Under the pieces are notes generated by a model that did no database searches, had not been told where the DNA came from, and was given only the letters and a program-made list of their open reading frames with translations. Both the position numbers and the translations under genes were made by a program. This document shows, piece by piece, positions 45,429 through 56,806 of a stretch of DNA of 64,000 bases. Numbering within the stretch: position 1 is the first letter of the stretch; every line of letters begins with the position of its first letter. Location of the stretch: contig JAFUPY010000004.1 in the NCBI GenBank assembly GCA_017472565.1, positions 2,739 through 66,738 of the forward strand. The letters run 5' to 3'. The DNA is from Eubacterium sp. (GTDB taxonomy: Bacteria > Bacillota > Clostridia > Lachnospirales > Lachnospiraceae).

Positions 45429-46445
45429 ATGGCTAAAGTAAGTGTAATTGGCGCAGGAAGCTGGGGAACAGCCCTTGCCATTGTTTTACAGAAAAATAAC
45501 CACAATGTGACAGTTTGGTCTATTATCGAGGACGAAATCAAGATGCTGGATGAAAAAAGAGAGCACCTCGACAAGCTTCCTGGCATCAAGCTTTCCGAAA
45601 AAATGATGTTTACCACAGATCTGGAAGCTGCTATTAAGGGGAAGGATATGATCGTGCTTGCGGTTCCATCTCCATTTATTCGTAATACTGCAAAAAATAT
45701 GGCACCATATGTGGCAGAAGGACAGTTGATCGTAAATGTGTCCAAAGGGATTGAAGAAGATACGCTGATGCCGTTGCCACAGATCATTGAGGAAGAGATT
45801 CCACAGGCAAAGGTAGCGGTTTTGTCCGGCCCAAGTCATGCGGAAGAGGTTGGCAGAGGCATTCCAACAACGGTAGTTGCCGGCGCAAAAAAGAAGGAGA
45901 TTGCGGAGTTCATTCAGGAAGTATTCATGAATGATACCTTCCGTGTCTATACAAGTCCTGATATGCTTGGCATCGAACTGGGTGCAGCTTTGAAAAACGT
46001 GATCGCATTGGCAGCGGGTATGGCAGACGGACTTGGCTATGGTGACAATACCAAGGCAGCTTTGATTACCCGTGGCATCAAGGAGATTTCCCGTCTGGCA
46101 TTGGCCATGGGCGCAAGCGCAGATACCCTGTCAGGTCTTTCTGGTATCGGCGATCTGATCGTAACCTGTGCAAGTAAACATAGCCGTAACCGCAAGGCAG
46201 GCATGCTGATGGGTCAGGGCTATACCATGAAGGAAGCCATGACAGAGGTTAAGATGGTAGTAGAAGGTGTGTATTCTGCAAAAGCCGCTATGGGTCTCGC
46301 AAAAAAGTATAATGTTTCCATGCCAATCATTGAACAGGTAAATGCAGTATTAGTTGACGACTATCCGGTGAAGGATGCGGTCGTGAACTTAATGCTTCGT
46401 GATAAAAAGACAGAGCATGAAGATGCGCTCTGGGAACAGGAGTAG
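45429..46445 (+). CDS. gpsA: NAD(P)H-dependent glycerol-3-phosphate dehydrogenase
   Basis: GAGSWGTALA, SKGIE, SGPSHAEEV, LKNVIA, GDLIVTC...SRN. Confidence 0.97.
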   Translation: MAKVSVIGAGSWGTALAIVLQKNNHNVTVWSIIEDEIKMLDEKREHLDKLPGIKLSEKMMFTTDLEAAIKGKDMIVLAVPSPFIRNTAKNMAPYVAEGQLIVNVSKGIEEDTLMPLPQIIEEEIPQAKVAVLSGPSHAEEVGRGIPTTVVAGAKKKEIAEFIQEVFMNDTFRVYTSPDMLGIELGAALKNVIALAAGMADGLGYGDNTKAALITRGIKEISRLALAMGASADTLSGLSGIGDLIVTCASKHSRNRKAGMLMGQGYTMKEAMTEVKMVVEGVYSAKAAMGLAKKYNVSMPIIEQVNAVLVDDYPVKDAVVNLMLRDKKTEHEDALWEQE

Positions 46446-46448
46446 GAT

Positions 46449-46883
46449 ATGCCACAGATTAGAATCAAGTATTTTACAGACAAAATCGACAAGTTAGAAT
46501 ATATTGCAGGAAAGTCCGACTGGATCGATCTTCGAGCTTCTGAGGAAGTGGAACTGAAGGCAGGGGACTTTAAGTTGATTCCACTGGGCGTAGCCATGGA
46601 ACTTCCACAGGGTTATGAAGCCCATCTGGTTCCAAGAAGCTCCACCTTCAAAAATTATGGTATCCTTCAGACAAACAGCTGCGGCATCATCGACTGCACC
46701 TACTGCGGTGATGAAGATATGTGGCGCATGCCAGTTTACGCAACAAGAGACACAGTGATTCATGTCAATGACAGAATCTGTCAGTTCCGTATCGTAGAAA
46801 ATCAGCCAAAGATTGTATTTGACGAAGTAGCATCTCTTGGCAATGCAAACAGAGGCGGTTTCGGAAGTACAGGAAAGCAGTAG
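46449..46883 (+). CDS. dut: dUTP diphosphatase
   Basis: [30 protein letters not shown]. Confidence 0.94.
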   Translation: MPQIRIKYFTDKIDKLEYIAGKSDWIDLRASEEVELKAGDFKLIPLGVAMELPQGYEAHLVPRSSTFKNYGILQTNSCGIIDCTYCGDEDMWRMPVYATRDTVIHVNDRICQFRIVENQPKIVFDEVASLGNANRGGFGSTGKQ

Positions 46884-46971
46884 GATGAGTCTGTTTTGGG
46901 GAATGCGTAAGGCCTATGTACAGGCAAGGCGCAAAAGAGCAAGATACAGTGGAGAAAGGAAGGGTAATACC

Positions 46972-47556
46972 ATGAACAAAGAAGATTTTTTAATGAGACA
47001 GATTGATGAGTTTAGAGATAAAGCAAAACAGCTCCAGTTGCTTTTAAAAGCAAAAGAACACCAGGTAAACGAGCTGGAAAGCATGGTAAATGACCGAGAA
47101 GCCAAGGCAGTAGAACTGGAAGAACTTCTGCAGGTGAGAAAGTCTGAGGCGGATCAGCTGGTAACAGAAACTTCTATCCAGATTCAGCAGATGATTCAGG
47201 CATTGGATCGTCAGATGGAGCAGTTCAACGCTTCTGTTGGTGATCAGGTACAGGGCGTGAATGCACAGTTCGGAGAAAAAGTTCAGTCACTGGAAGAAAA
47301 GCTGGATGCCATTAAGGCAGATATCTGTGATAAAGTACATACAGAAGACGTAAAATGTTATCGTAACATGAAGAGTCTGATTGAAGGACAGGACGAAAAA
47401 TTTAACAAGGTAAAATTATCAGAAGAAAGCCTTACCTCCATCAGAAAATCTTTCAAAGGCTTAAAGTTCTTAGCATTCTTTGCCTTTGTTGACTTTATTT
47501 TATTAGTTCTCATGGGACTGTACATGGCAGGCCTGTTTGATAGATTTATGTTTTAA
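46972..47556 (+). CDS. Hypothetical coiled-coil protein with C-terminal TM anchor
   Basis: Q/E/K heptad-rich body, DKVHTEDVKCYRN, hydrophobic tail; RBS before ATG 46972. Confidence 0.78.
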   Translation: MNKEDFLMRQIDEFRDKAKQLQLLLKAKEHQVNELESMVNDREAKAVELEELLQVRKSEADQLVTETSIQIQQMIQALDRQMEQFNASVGDQVQGVNAQFGEKVQSLEEKLDAIKADICDKVHTEDVKCYRNMKSLIEGQDEKFNKVKLSEESLTSIRKSFKGLKFLAFFAFVDFILLVLMGLYMAGLFDRFMF

Positions 47557-47682
47557 CTAGAATTATTTCTGAGGCGGGATTTTCCCGCTTCATTTTTTTT
47601 GCGCAACCAAGTATAATAGTTATGCTTAGTAGTAAAAGGTATCTAATAACGACATGGATGTAGAAAAGGTTGTTTTATAATT

Positions 47683-49341
47683 ATGGCAGAAAAAGTAAAA
47701 AAAGTCTGGGTGGTAGGCCACAAAAATCCAGATACAGATTCTATCTGTGCAGCGATTGCCTACGCCAATTTGAAAAATGCGAAAGCTTCAGCGCAAGTTG
47801 TCTATGAGGCAAAACGAGCAGGCGAGATCAACGAAGAAACTAAATATGTTTTAAATTATTTTAATCAAAAGCGACCTCACCGCATTACCGATGCAGGTGC
47901 ACAGATTAAAGATATTGAGATTCGAAAGACAGTAGGTGTCAGTGGTAAGATTTCTATGAAAAAAGCATGGGAAATGATGAAACAGCTGAATGTTGCCACA
48001 TTGCCAATTACAGACGCCAACAATAAATTGGAGGGAATCATTACAACTGGTGATATTGCAACGTCTTACATGGATATTTATGACAATCATGTTGTGTCCA
48101 GAGCCAAAACTCCGTACCGCAACATTATTGAGACGATTGAAGGAACGTTGCTGGTGGGAAATGAACATGCTTATTTTCAGGATGGAAAGGTTCTGGTGGC
48201 AGCAGCCAATCCCGATATGATGGAAGAGTATATCGAGGATAATGATCTGGTTATTATTGGAAATCGTTATGAATCCCAGCTTTGTGCATTGGAGATGAAT
48301 GCCAGCTGTATGATTGTGTGTTCTGGTGCGAAGGTAACTAAGACCATTCAGAAGATGGCTCAGGATCGTGATTGCGTATTGATTTCTACCAATTATGACT
48401 CTTATACCGTAGCCCGTCTGATCAATCAGAGTATTCCAATCAAGTTCTTTATGGTTGAAGAAGATGTGGTCTCATTTAAATCAGAAGATTACGTGGAAGA
48501 TGTTCGTGAGATCATGTTAAAAGAAAAATATCGTGATTTCCCTGTGTTGGATAATGAAGGTAAATATGCAGGTATGATTTCCCGAAGAAATCTGCTGAAC
48601 ACCAAGAAAAAACAGTTGATTCTGGTGGATCACAACGAGCGTTCTCAGGCCATTGACAATGTGGATGCGGCGGAAATTATCGAGATTATTGACCACCATC
48701 GTATCGGCAGCTTAGAGACCATGTCACCGGTATTTTTCAGAAATCAGCCGCTGGGTTGTACTGCAACGATCGTGTACCAGATGTACCGTGAGCAGGGTGT
48801 GGAGATTACAAAGGATATCGCAGGATTGCTGTGCGCAGCCATTCTTTCAGACACACTGATGTATCGTTCTCCAACCTGTACAGAGATTGACAAGATTGTG
48901 GCAGAAGAGCTGGCAATCATTGCAGGTATTGATACCGAAACCTTTGCCAAGGAGATGTTCCAGGCAGGAAGTGATTTTAGTGCAAAAAGTGCGGAAGAAA
49001 TCTTTTATCAGGATTTCAAAGCCTTTGTTTCCAACGGCATCGAATTTGGCGTGGGCCAGATCAGTGCCATGAGCCGACAGGAACTTGGAATGGTTCGCGA
49101 AAAGCTGCTTCCATATATGGAACAGGTTATGTTTGAACGTAAAATTCCAATGGTGTTTATCATGCTGACCAATATTTTGGAAGAAAACACATACATGATC
49201 TGTGCAGGGGAAGGTGCATCTAAGCTGATTGAAGATGCCTACCATGTACAGGAAAAGGACGGTTATTATCTGTTAAAAGGTGTGGTATCACGTAAGAAAC
49301 AGCTGATTCCAAAATTCATGGCAGCGTTACAGGAGCAGTAG
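47683..49341 (+). CDS. ppaC: Mn-dependent inorganic pyrophosphatase with CBS-DRTGG insert
   Basis: GHKNPDTDS, LVDHNE, IDHH, AILSDT, SRKKQ; CBS/DRTGG region between. Confidence 0.94.
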   Translation: MAEKVKKVWVVGHKNPDTDSICAAIAYANLKNAKASAQVVYEAKRAGEINEETKYVLNYFNQKRPHRITDAGAQIKDIEIRKTVGVSGKISMKKAWEMMKQLNVATLPITDANNKLEGIITTGDIATSYMDIYDNHVVSRAKTPYRNIIETIEGTLLVGNEHAYFQDGKVLVAAANPDMMEEYIEDNDLVIIGNRYESQLCALEMNASCMIVCSGAKVTKTIQKMAQDRDCVLISTNYDSYTVARLINQSIPIKFFMVEEDVVSFKSEDYVEDVREIMLKEKYRDFPVLDNEGKYAGMISRRNLLNTKKKQLILVDHNERSQAIDNVDAAEIIEIIDHHRIGSLETMSPVFFRNQPLGCTATIVYQMYREQGVEITKDIAGLLCAAILSDTLMYRSPTCTEIDKIVAEELAIIAGIDTETFAKEMFQAGSDFSAKSAEEIFYQDFKAFVSNGIEFGVGQISAMSRQELGMVREKLLPYMEQVMFERKIPMVFIMLTNILEENTYMICAGEGASKLIEDAYHVQEKDGYYLLKGVVSRKKQLIPKFMAALQEQ

Positions 49342-49351
49342 AGGAGGAAAC

Positions 49352-49939
49352 ATGGGAAGAGAATATTGGAAACCGGGAAATATGTTATATCCAGTGCCGG
49401 CTGTGATGGTCAGTTGTCAGCGACCAGGAGAAAAACCAAATATCATCACCATTGCATGGGCAGGAACCATCTGTTCCGATCCTGCCATGGTGTCAATCTC
49501 CATTCGTCCAGAGCGACATTCCTATGATATTATCAAGGAAACGAAAGAATTTGTCATCAATCTGACCACCAAGGACATTACCTTTGCCACAGATTACTGT
49601 GGAGTAAAGTCTGGTCGAGATGTGGATAAATTCAAAGAGATGAAGCTGACACCACTTGTATCCAAAGAAGTGTCTGCTCCAGGAATTGCAGAAAGTCCGG
49701 TAAACATCGAATGCAAGCTAAAGGAAATCATCCAGTTGGGTTCGCATGACCTGTTCATCGCAGAAGTCGTGGCTGTATCTATCGATGATTCTCTTATGGA
49801 TGAGAACAACAAGTTCCATCTCAACGATGCGGGACTGGTAGCATATTCCCACGGGGAGTATTACCTGCTTGGGGAAAAGCTGGGCAAGTTCGGATACAGC
49901 GTGGCGAAGAAAAAGCCAACAAAAAAGAGAAAGAAATAA
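49352..49939 (+). CDS. Flavin reductase family protein
   Basis: LYPVPAVMV, EFVINL, CGVKSGRDVDKF, ESPVNIEC, SHDLFIAEV. Confidence 0.9.
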   Translation: MGREYWKPGNMLYPVPAVMVSCQRPGEKPNIITIAWAGTICSDPAMVSISIRPERHSYDIIKETKEFVINLTTKDITFATDYCGVKSGRDVDKFKEMKLTPLVSKEVSAPGIAESPVNIECKLKEIIQLGSHDLFIAEVVAVSIDDSLMDENNKFHLNDAGLVAYSHGEYYLLGEKLGKFGYSVAKKKPTKKRKK

Positions 49940-49943
49940 AAAT

Positions 49944-50012
49944 GAGGCCGGAAAAAAATTGCCTCGAGCAAACCGTTTTAAGGTTTGTAAGAGCCAATTT
50001 TTTTCCGGCCTC
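49944..50012. terminator. Long bidirectional hairpin between convergent genes
   Basis: GAGGCCGGAAAAAAATTG...CAATTTTTTTCCGGCCTC. Confidence 0.75.
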
Positions 50013-50022
50013 CTGTAATATA

Positions 50023-50538
50023 TTAGCGAACCAGCTGATCCATCAAAAGTGCATACACATTGTCACTTTCCACGTTCCAATTGCGACACACCGCCTGCGC
50101 CTGTTCCTTGGACGGCACATGAAGTGTCAGGTCGATGATAGAGCGTTCTTTTTCCTTAATCTGACAGCGAACAGCATAGTCACCGTTTGTTGTCTTATAG
50201 TAGTCAGAAACAATGGATGTCTCATTCTTTAACTCATACTGATTATCTTTGAAATAATCTGCAATGTCAGTTTTGATGCCATCAGAAATCTTGTTTCCGA
50301 AAAATGTTAACGCCTGTTTGCCTGCATCGGTGATGCGGTACAGGGTGTTGTTGTGGGTGGACTCTGCTGTGATCAATTCGGAGTCCAGCAGTTCAGAGAA
50401 AGTCTGCTGAATCGTAAAGTAGGAAGTGTAATCCTTTTCCAGAATAAAGTTTGTAATCTGGGTGTTGGTCAGCGGGAAGTCTACCTTGTCCAGCATGTAC
50501 AACACAATCAGACGATAAAGTGTATATGTTTCAGACAT
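50023..50538 (-). CDS. DUF4364 family protein
   Basis: TLYRLIVLYMLDKVDFPLTN, YFTIQQ, YRITDAG; downstream of the TIGR01212-type gene as is usual. Confidence 0.85.
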   Translation of the reverse strand: MSETYTLYRLIVLYMLDKVDFPLTNTQITNFILEKDYTSYFTIQQTFSELLDSELITAESTHNNTLYRITDAGKQALTFFGNKISDGIKTDIADYFKDNQYELKNETSIVSDYYKTTNGDYAVRCQIKEKERSIIDLTLHVPSKEQAQAVCRNWNVESDNVYALLMDQLVR

Positions 50539-50545
50539 CTTGTCA

Positions 50546-51475
50546 TTAAACTCCTTTATAATATTTTCCCTGCCAGGTGTCTTGCAGACGAAATTCACTC
50601 TGAATCGTGTTCAACACCCGTTTTTTATCAGTACTCCACCATGGTGCAAGCAAGAGGGGGCGAGGACCGTCACCAGTGATTCGATGAATCACCATGTTTT
50701 CTGGTAAACGACCAATGCATTCTACAATTAGTTTACAATATTCCTCCATAGAAAAAACAGGAAATGGTTCCCTTTCAAACATATTTGCCATGGCAGTGTG
50801 TTTTAACACGTGCAAAAGCTGTAGCTTAATACCATGAATGCCGCTGTGAGCGATATAGTCTACGGTTTTCAACATCATTTCGCTGGTTTCGCCAGGAAGC
50901 CCTAAAATAATATGGGTCACTACAGTGAGACCGTTCTGCAGCAATTGTTCTACACAATTCTCATAGCAGGAGAGGGTAAATCCTCTGCGAATCAAGTCTG
51001 CCGTTTGCTCGTGCATGGTCTGTAATCCCAACTCAATCCAGACAGGCTTGATCTGATTCAATTCCTCCAAAAGAGCAAGAATTTCATCATCAATACAGTC
51101 AGGGCGGGTAGCGATGGACAATACCACAATATCATCCCGCATAATCGCCTCGGTAAAAATGCTTCGCAGATAGGCGACTGGCGCATAGGTATTGGTATAG
51201 GCCTGAAAGTAGGCGATAAACTTTTCGCAGTTTGATTTGTTCTGCAGCTTTTTCTTTCCCAGTTCAATCTGTTCCGAAATAGAAAGTGCTGCATTTTCTG
51301 CAAAATCGCCAGAACCACCTTCGCTGCAAAAAATACAGCCGTCAGAACCAATGGTGCCGTCCCGGTTGGGACAGGTCATACCGCCATTTAAAGAAATGCG
51401 GTACACTTTTTCGCCGAAGGTCTCTTTTAAGTGATAGTCAAGAGAGTGATATCTTTTATCATTCCATGTTTTCAT
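50546..51475 (-). CDS. TIGR01212/YhcC family radical SAM protein
   Basis: TCPNRDG...GCIFC, YFQAYTNTY, ATRPDC, ELGLQT, HRITGD. Confidence 0.93.
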   Translation of the reverse strand: MKTWNDKRYHSLDYHLKETFGEKVYRISLNGGMTCPNRDGTIGSDGCIFCSEGGSGDFAENAALSISEQIELGKKKLQNKSNCEKFIAYFQAYTNTYAPVAYLRSIFTEAIMRDDIVVLSIATRPDCIDDEILALLEELNQIKPVWIELGLQTMHEQTADLIRRGFTLSCYENCVEQLLQNGLTVVTHIILGLPGETSEMMLKTVDYIAHSGIHGIKLQLLHVLKHTAMANMFEREPFPVFSMEEYCKLIVECIGRLPENMVIHRITGDGPRPLLLAPWWSTDKKRVLNTIQSEFRLQDTWQGKYYKGV

Positions 51476-51532
51476 AGCTGTTACATTCCTGATTGCTGTG
51501 AATATTAGGTGCAGGCAGGGACAGGATCCCTG

Positions 51533-52678
51533 TTAAATGTGTGCTTTTACCGCCTGGCTGACAACCTCTGCAACGCGAGGGTCAAATGGTTCTGGCATGA
51601 TGAAGTCTTCGTGAAGTTCTTCGTCACTTACCAGACCGGCAATGGCTTCTGCGGCAGCAAGCTTCATTTCCTCTGTAATCTGTGGTGCACGGCCTTCCAG
51701 AGCACCCTTGAAGATACCAGGGAAAGCGATTACGTTGTTTACCTGATTAGGGAAGTCGCTTCGACCAGTTCCAACGACGCGGGCACCGGCAGCTTTTGCT
51801 ACGTCAGGCATGATTTCTGGAACAGGATTTGCCATTGCAAACAGAATGGCGTCCTGATTCATAGAAGCCACCATCTCAGAAGTTACAATGTTTGGAGCAG
51901 AAACACCAACAAAGATGTCAGCGCCGCGTAATGCGTCTGCAAGAGTACCGGTCTTGTTTTCCAGGTTGGTAACTTCGGTCATCTTTTCCTGCATCCAGTT
52001 CAGGTCAGGATATGCTTTGCTGATAATCCCCAGCTTGTCGCACATTGTGACATGTTTAAATCCATATGTTAAAAGCAGTTTTGTGATGGCGATGCCGGCA
52101 GAACCAGCACCATTTACAACTACTTTACAGTCTTCTTTTTTCTTGCCGGTAACACGAAGTCCATTGATGACGCCTGCCAAAACAACGATGGCAGTGCCGT
52201 GCTGGTCATCATGGAAAACCGGAATGTTCAGCATCGCTTTTAAGCGTTCTTCGATTTCAAAACACCTTGGTGCGGAGATGTCTTCCAGATTGATACCGCC
52301 AAAGGTAGGTGCCAGATTGGCCACCGTTTTGATGATTTCTTCCGTATCTTGCGTATCTAAAACAATTGGCACCGCATTTACGCCGGCAAATTCTTTGAAT
52401 AGCACACATTTGCCTTCCATAACAGGCATAGCAGCCAGAGCACCGATATTTCCAAGACCTAAAACAGCACTGCCGTCAGAGATAACAGCTACGGTATTTG
52501 CTTTCATTGTATATGTATAAGCTGCTTCCGGATCTTTGGCAATTACCTTACAAGGGTCTGCCACACCAGGAGTGTAAGCCATGGAAAGATCCTCTCTTGT
52601 TTTTACCGGGGATTTGGCAACCACATTTAACTTGCCGTTCCATTCTGCATGCAGCTGAAGTGCTTTTGTGTTTTCCAT
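51533..52678 (-). CDS. NAD(P)-dependent malic enzyme
   Basis: AYTPGVA, PVMEGK, NLEDISAPRCF, HDDQHGTA, GAGSAG, GRSDFPNQVNN. Confidence 0.95.
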   Translation of the reverse strand: MENTKALQLHAEWNGKLNVVAKSPVKTREDLSMAYTPGVADPCKVIAKDPEAAYTYTMKANTVAVISDGSAVLGLGNIGALAAMPVMEGKCVLFKEFAGVNAVPIVLDTQDTEEIIKTVANLAPTFGGINLEDISAPRCFEIEERLKAMLNIPVFHDDQHGTAIVVLAGVINGLRVTGKKKEDCKVVVNGAGSAGIAITKLLLTYGFKHVTMCDKLGIISKAYPDLNWMQEKMTEVTNLENKTGTLADALRGADIFVGVSAPNIVTSEMVASMNQDAILFAMANPVPEIMPDVAKAAGARVVGTGRSDFPNQVNNVIAFPGIFKGALEGRAPQITEEMKLAAAEAIAGLVSDEELHEDFIMPEPFDPRVAEVVSQAVKAHI

Positions 52679-52872
52679 AATAATCAATCTCCTTTTTTAT
52701 TCTTTCTCAGAACAGAGTAATCATAGCACTAAATTTTTCCCAAATCAAGGAAAAAGGGGGTTCCATTTTAACTAGATTTGTAGTAGTATATTAGCAGAAA
52801 TCGTTTATCGTTATCACATTTTCCTGTCAGTTCTGACGCCGGAATCCGTGTTTTATTTTAAGGAGAAATTGA

Positions 52873-54420
52873 ATGAGAGCAAAATATGAATCATTATCTT
52901 TGGCTGTATTGAAAGATTTAGCAAAAGCCAGAGGATTAAAAAGAACATCCACACTTAAGAAAGCAGAGTTGATTGAAGTCATGCTTCAGGAAGATGCCCG
53001 TGTTGCAGCACTTGAAGCCGCAAAAGAGCAGCCAGAAGAAGCGAAAGAACAGCCTGCAGCAGAACATGCAAAAAAGGAAACAGCGTCTGCTGCTGAAGGG
53101 AAGGAAGAAAAACAGGCTCCAGTAGAAGCGAAAGAACTTGCAGAAAAGCCAGAACTGGCAGCAAAACCGGAACCTATAGAAAAGAAAGAGGCTGCAGAAC
53201 AAAAAGAGAAGAAAACCTACGAAGAAAGACTGGATGGAGAAAAAAATACCGATGCGGTGAACGAAGCGGTGAAGCTGGATGAAGCTGCATTAGACAGCGG
53301 TATTCAGGCAAATGGTATCCTGGAAGTTATGCCGGATGGATTTGGATTTATCCGCTGCGAGAATTATCTTCCGGGAGAGAATGACGTTTATGTGGCACCA
53401 TCACAGATTCGTCGTTTTAACTTAAAGACCGGAGATATTATCGTTGGTAACAAACGAATCAAGTCCCAGCAGGAAAAGTTCAGTGCCCTGTTGTATGTTT
53501 CCACCGTAAATGGCTTCCATCCAAACGAAGCGATCCGCAGAAAAGCATTTGAGGATCTGACACCAATTTTCCCAAATGAACGGTTGCGTCTGGAACGCCC
53601 GGGCAGCAGCGTGGCAATGCGAATCGTAGACCTGGTTTCCCCAATCGGTAAGGGACAGCGAGGTATGATCGTGGCACAGCCAAAGGTTGGTAAGACAACC
53701 CTGTTAAAAGAAATTGCTAACTCTGTAAAGAGAAACAATCCGGAAATGCATCTGATCATCTTGCTGATTGACGAACGTCCGGAAGAAGTAACCGATATCA
53801 AAGAAGCCATCGAAGGCGGTAATACAGAGGTTATTTACTCCACATTCGATGAATTGCCAGAACATCACAAACGTGTATCGGAAATGGTAATTGAACGTGC
53901 AAAACGTCTGGTGGAACACAAAAAAGACGTTATGATCCTGATTGACAGCATCACACGTCTTGCCAGAGCATACAACCTGGTGGTACCACCAAGTGGACGT
54001 ACCCTGTCCGGTGGTCTTGACCCGGCAGCTCTTCACATGCCAAAACGATTCTTTGGTGCAGCCAGAAATATGCGTGAAGGCGGCAGTTTGACCGTACTTG
54101 CAACTGCACTTGTAGAAACCGGAAGCAAAATGGACGATGTGGTATATGAAGAATTCAAGGGAACTGGCAACATGGAGCTGGTGCTTGATCGTAACTTATC
54201 CGAAAAACGTATCTTCCCGGCCATTGATATTCAGAAATCCGGCACAAGAAGAGAAGACTTGCTGTTGACCAGAGAAGAGTTGGATGCCATGTACATCATG
54301 CGCAAGAGCATGAATGGGATGAAGGCAGATGATGCGGTAGAAAGCATTCTGAACATGTTCCTTCATACCAAGAATAATCATGAGTTTGTACAGCAGATCA
54401 AGAGAAGAAAACTATTCTAA
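52873..54420 (+). CDS. rho: Transcription termination factor Rho with N-terminal insertion
   Basis: [50 protein letters not shown]. Confidence 0.97.
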   Translation: MRAKYESLSLAVLKDLAKARGLKRTSTLKKAELIEVMLQEDARVAALEAAKEQPEEAKEQPAAEHAKKETASAAEGKEEKQAPVEAKELAEKPELAAKPEPIEKKEAAEQKEKKTYEERLDGEKNTDAVNEAVKLDEAALDSGIQANGILEVMPDGFGFIRCENYLPGENDVYVAPSQIRRFNLKTGDIIVGNKRIKSQQEKFSALLYVSTVNGFHPNEAIRRKAFEDLTPIFPNERLRLERPGSSVAMRIVDLVSPIGKGQRGMIVAQPKVGKTTLLKEIANSVKRNNPEMHLIILLIDERPEEVTDIKEAIEGGNTEVIYSTFDELPEHHKRVSEMVIERAKRLVEHKKDVMILIDSITRLARAYNLVVPPSGRTLSGGLDPAALHMPKRFFGAARNMREGGSLTVLATALVETGSKMDDVVYEEFKGTGNMELVLDRNLSEKRIFPAIDIQKSGTRREDLLLTREELDAMYIMRKSMNGMKADDAVESILNMFLHTKNNHEFVQQIKRRKLF

Positions 54421-54605
54421 GAAACAGCCGAAATTTGCCTGAAAAACCTGCATAATTTTTTCACTTTTCTACTTGCAAAGCTACTTGCAGTGTGATAATA
54501 TAATAGAGCTGTTTATCGGAATTAGTCCGAGTTTATTAACAAGTTTATTGTTTTTGATAGACGTAACGTAAAAAACAAAGAAATTTGGTATGAGAGGTGA
54601 AAATA

Positions 54606-54806
54606 ATGAGAGAAGGAATCCATCCAGACTATCATCAGGCTACTGTTACATGTAACTGTGGTAACACATTCGTAACAGGATCCACAAAAGAGTCTATCCA
54701 CGTAGAAATCTGTTCTAAATGCCATCCATTCTACACAGGACAGCAGAAAGCAGCTCAGGCTCGTGGACGTATTGATAAGTTCAACAAAAAATACGGCATT
54801 AACTAA
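54606..54806 (+). CDS. rpmE: 50S ribosomal protein L31 (Zn-binding form)
   Basis: GIHPDY...CNCGN...[10 protein letters not shown]. Confidence 0.98.
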   Translation: MREGIHPDYHQATVTCNCGNTFVTGSTKESIHVEICSKCHPFYTGQQKAAQARGRIDKFNKKYGIN

Positions 54807-54929
54807 TATGAACTCTAAAAATAAGGTTGAGGTTGCAAAATCTCAACCTGTTTTTGTATGAGCCTTTCTGTTAAAATAGTTAACAGAAGTTACAGTATAG
54901 ATGTGCTTGCATATTTTACGAGGTGTTTT

Positions 54930-55964
54930 ATGAAATATTCAGGTATTGGCGGTCAGGCTGTTATGGAAGGCGTTATGATGCGTAATGGTGACAAGTATGC
55001 CATCGCAGTCCGCAAGCCAGATCAGGAAATTATTGTTGAGAAAAAAGAATACAAGGGAATTGCTAATTCCAAGTGGGCAAAAGTTCCGCTGGTTCGAGGT
55101 GTGATCAGTTTTGTTGATTCGCTGGTTCTCGGAATGTCTACGCTGATGTTTTCTGCATCTTTCTTCGAAGAAGAGGAAGAAGAACAGCCTAAGAAGAAAA
55201 AGGGAAAACAGGCAGAAGAAAAAGTGCTGACCAAAGAGGAAATAAAAAAAGCGGAAGCCAAAGCTGCAAAGCAGGAAAAGGCTATGATGACAGGTGTTAT
55301 GGTTGTTGCCATCATTTTGGCAGTGGCAATCTTTATGATTCTGCCATATTATCTGTCTGCTGCGCTTCAAAAGGTAGTGGATAACCAGACTGTGGTTGCC
55401 ATTTTTGAAGGTGTGATTCGTCTTGTGATTTTTATTGCATATATCTTACTGATTTCACGAATGAAAGATATCCAGCGTGTATTTATGTATCACGGTGCAG
55501 AGCACAAGTGCATTAACTGTATTGAACATGGTCTGGATCTGAATGTGGAAAACGTTAAGAAAAGCTCCAAAGAGCACAAACGTTGCGGAACAAGCTTTCT
55601 TGTTTTCGTTGTGGTAATCAGTATTATTTTATATCTGTTCATTCGTGTGGATTCCCATGCCTTGAAGGTTATTATCCGAATCCTTTTGATTCCGGTTATT
55701 GCAGGTGTTTCTTACGAATTGCTCCGTGCAGCTGGAAGATATAACAATCCAATTATCAACCTGCTCAGCAAACCAGGTTTGTGGATGCAGCAGTTGACAA
55801 CCAAAGAACCTGACGAAGATATGATTGAAGTTGGGATTGCTTCTGTAGAAGCGATTTTTGACTGGAAAGCATATCAGAAGGAAAACTTTGGAAAAGAGTT
55901 TCCGGAAGAGTCGGTTGTTTCAGAGGAAGTTGCAGTGGAACCAGAACCAGTTGTAGAGGAATAA
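54930..55964 (+). CDS. DUF1385 membrane protein
   Basis: GGQAVMEGVMM, YHGAEHK, HKRCGTSF, TTKEPD; rpmE-DUF1385-prmC-prfA synteny. Confidence 0.9.
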   Translation: MKYSGIGGQAVMEGVMMRNGDKYAIAVRKPDQEIIVEKKEYKGIANSKWAKVPLVRGVISFVDSLVLGMSTLMFSASFFEEEEEEQPKKKKGKQAEEKVLTKEEIKKAEAKAAKQEKAMMTGVMVVAIILAVAIFMILPYYLSAALQKVVDNQTVVAIFEGVIRLVIFIAYILLISRMKDIQRVFMYHGAEHKCINCIEHGLDLNVENVKKSSKEHKRCGTSFLVFVVVISIILYLFIRVDSHALKVIIRILLIPVIAGVSYELLRAAGRYNNPIINLLSKPGLWMQQLTTKEPDEDMIEVGIASVEAIFDWKAYQKENFGKEFPEESVVSEEVAVEPEPVVEE

Positions 55965-55966
55965 CC

Positions 55967-56806
55967 ATGACATATAGAGAGTTGTGTCAGTTTGCGACCC
56001 AGCAGATGAGCAGTGCACAGATTGAAAATGCATCGGTGGATGCATGGTTGTTACTGGAAGCGGTCTGTCAGATTAACAGAAGTTTTTTCCTGGTGCACGG
56101 GGATGAACATGTGCCATGTGAGCAGGAAGATGCGTATCTGGATTTGCTAAAAAAACGTTGTACCCATATTCCGCTTCAATATTTGATTGGAGAGCAGGAA
56201 TTTATGGGGATTCCATTCAAAGTAACACCAGATGTGCTGATTCCAAGACAGGACACCGAAAGTTTGGTGGAGGAAGCGTTAAAATATTTAAAGCCAGGAC
56301 AGAAAGTGCTGGACATGTGTACCGGTTCTGGATGTATCGCCATCAGTCTGAAGTCCTTTGTGCCAGAAGCAGAAGTGACAGCAGTGGATGTTTCTGAAGG
56401 TGCACTTGCAGTTGCAAAAGAAAATAGTGAAAAGAATGAATTGCCGGTAACACTGATCCATAGCGATTTGTTTTGCCAGGTTTCAGATAAGTATGATATG
56501 ATAGTATCCAATCCGCCCTATATTCCATCGGCAGTGATTGCAACATTGATGCCAGAGGTTCGGGACCACGAACCAATGCAGGCATTGGATGGCACGGAAG
56601 ACGGATTGTACTTTTACGAAAAGATAACAAGGGATAGCATTTTGTTTTTAAAGGAAGGCGGAATGCTGCTTTATGAGATTGGTCACGACCAGGGGCAGGC
56701 GGTGTCAGAGATGATGACAGCGGCAGGGTATGTGAATGTCCGCGTCATTCAGGACTTGGCAGGTTTAGACCGTGTGGTTGTGGGAAGGAGAAAAGAAAAT
56801 GTTTGA
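55967..56806 (+). CDS. prmC: Release factor glutamine methyltransferase
   Basis: [30 protein letters not shown]. Confidence 0.96.
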   Translation: MTYRELCQFATQQMSSAQIENASVDAWLLLEAVCQINRSFFLVHGDEHVPCEQEDAYLDLLKKRCTHIPLQYLIGEQEFMGIPFKVTPDVLIPRQDTESLVEEALKYLKPGQKVLDMCTGSGCIAISLKSFVPEAEVTAVDVSEGALAVAKENSEKNELPVTLIHSDLFCQVSDKYDMIVSNPPYIPSAVIATLMPEVRDHEPMQALDGTEDGLYFYEKITRDSILFLKEGGMLLYEIGHDQGQAVSEMMTAAGYVNVRVIQDLAGLDRVVVGRRKENV

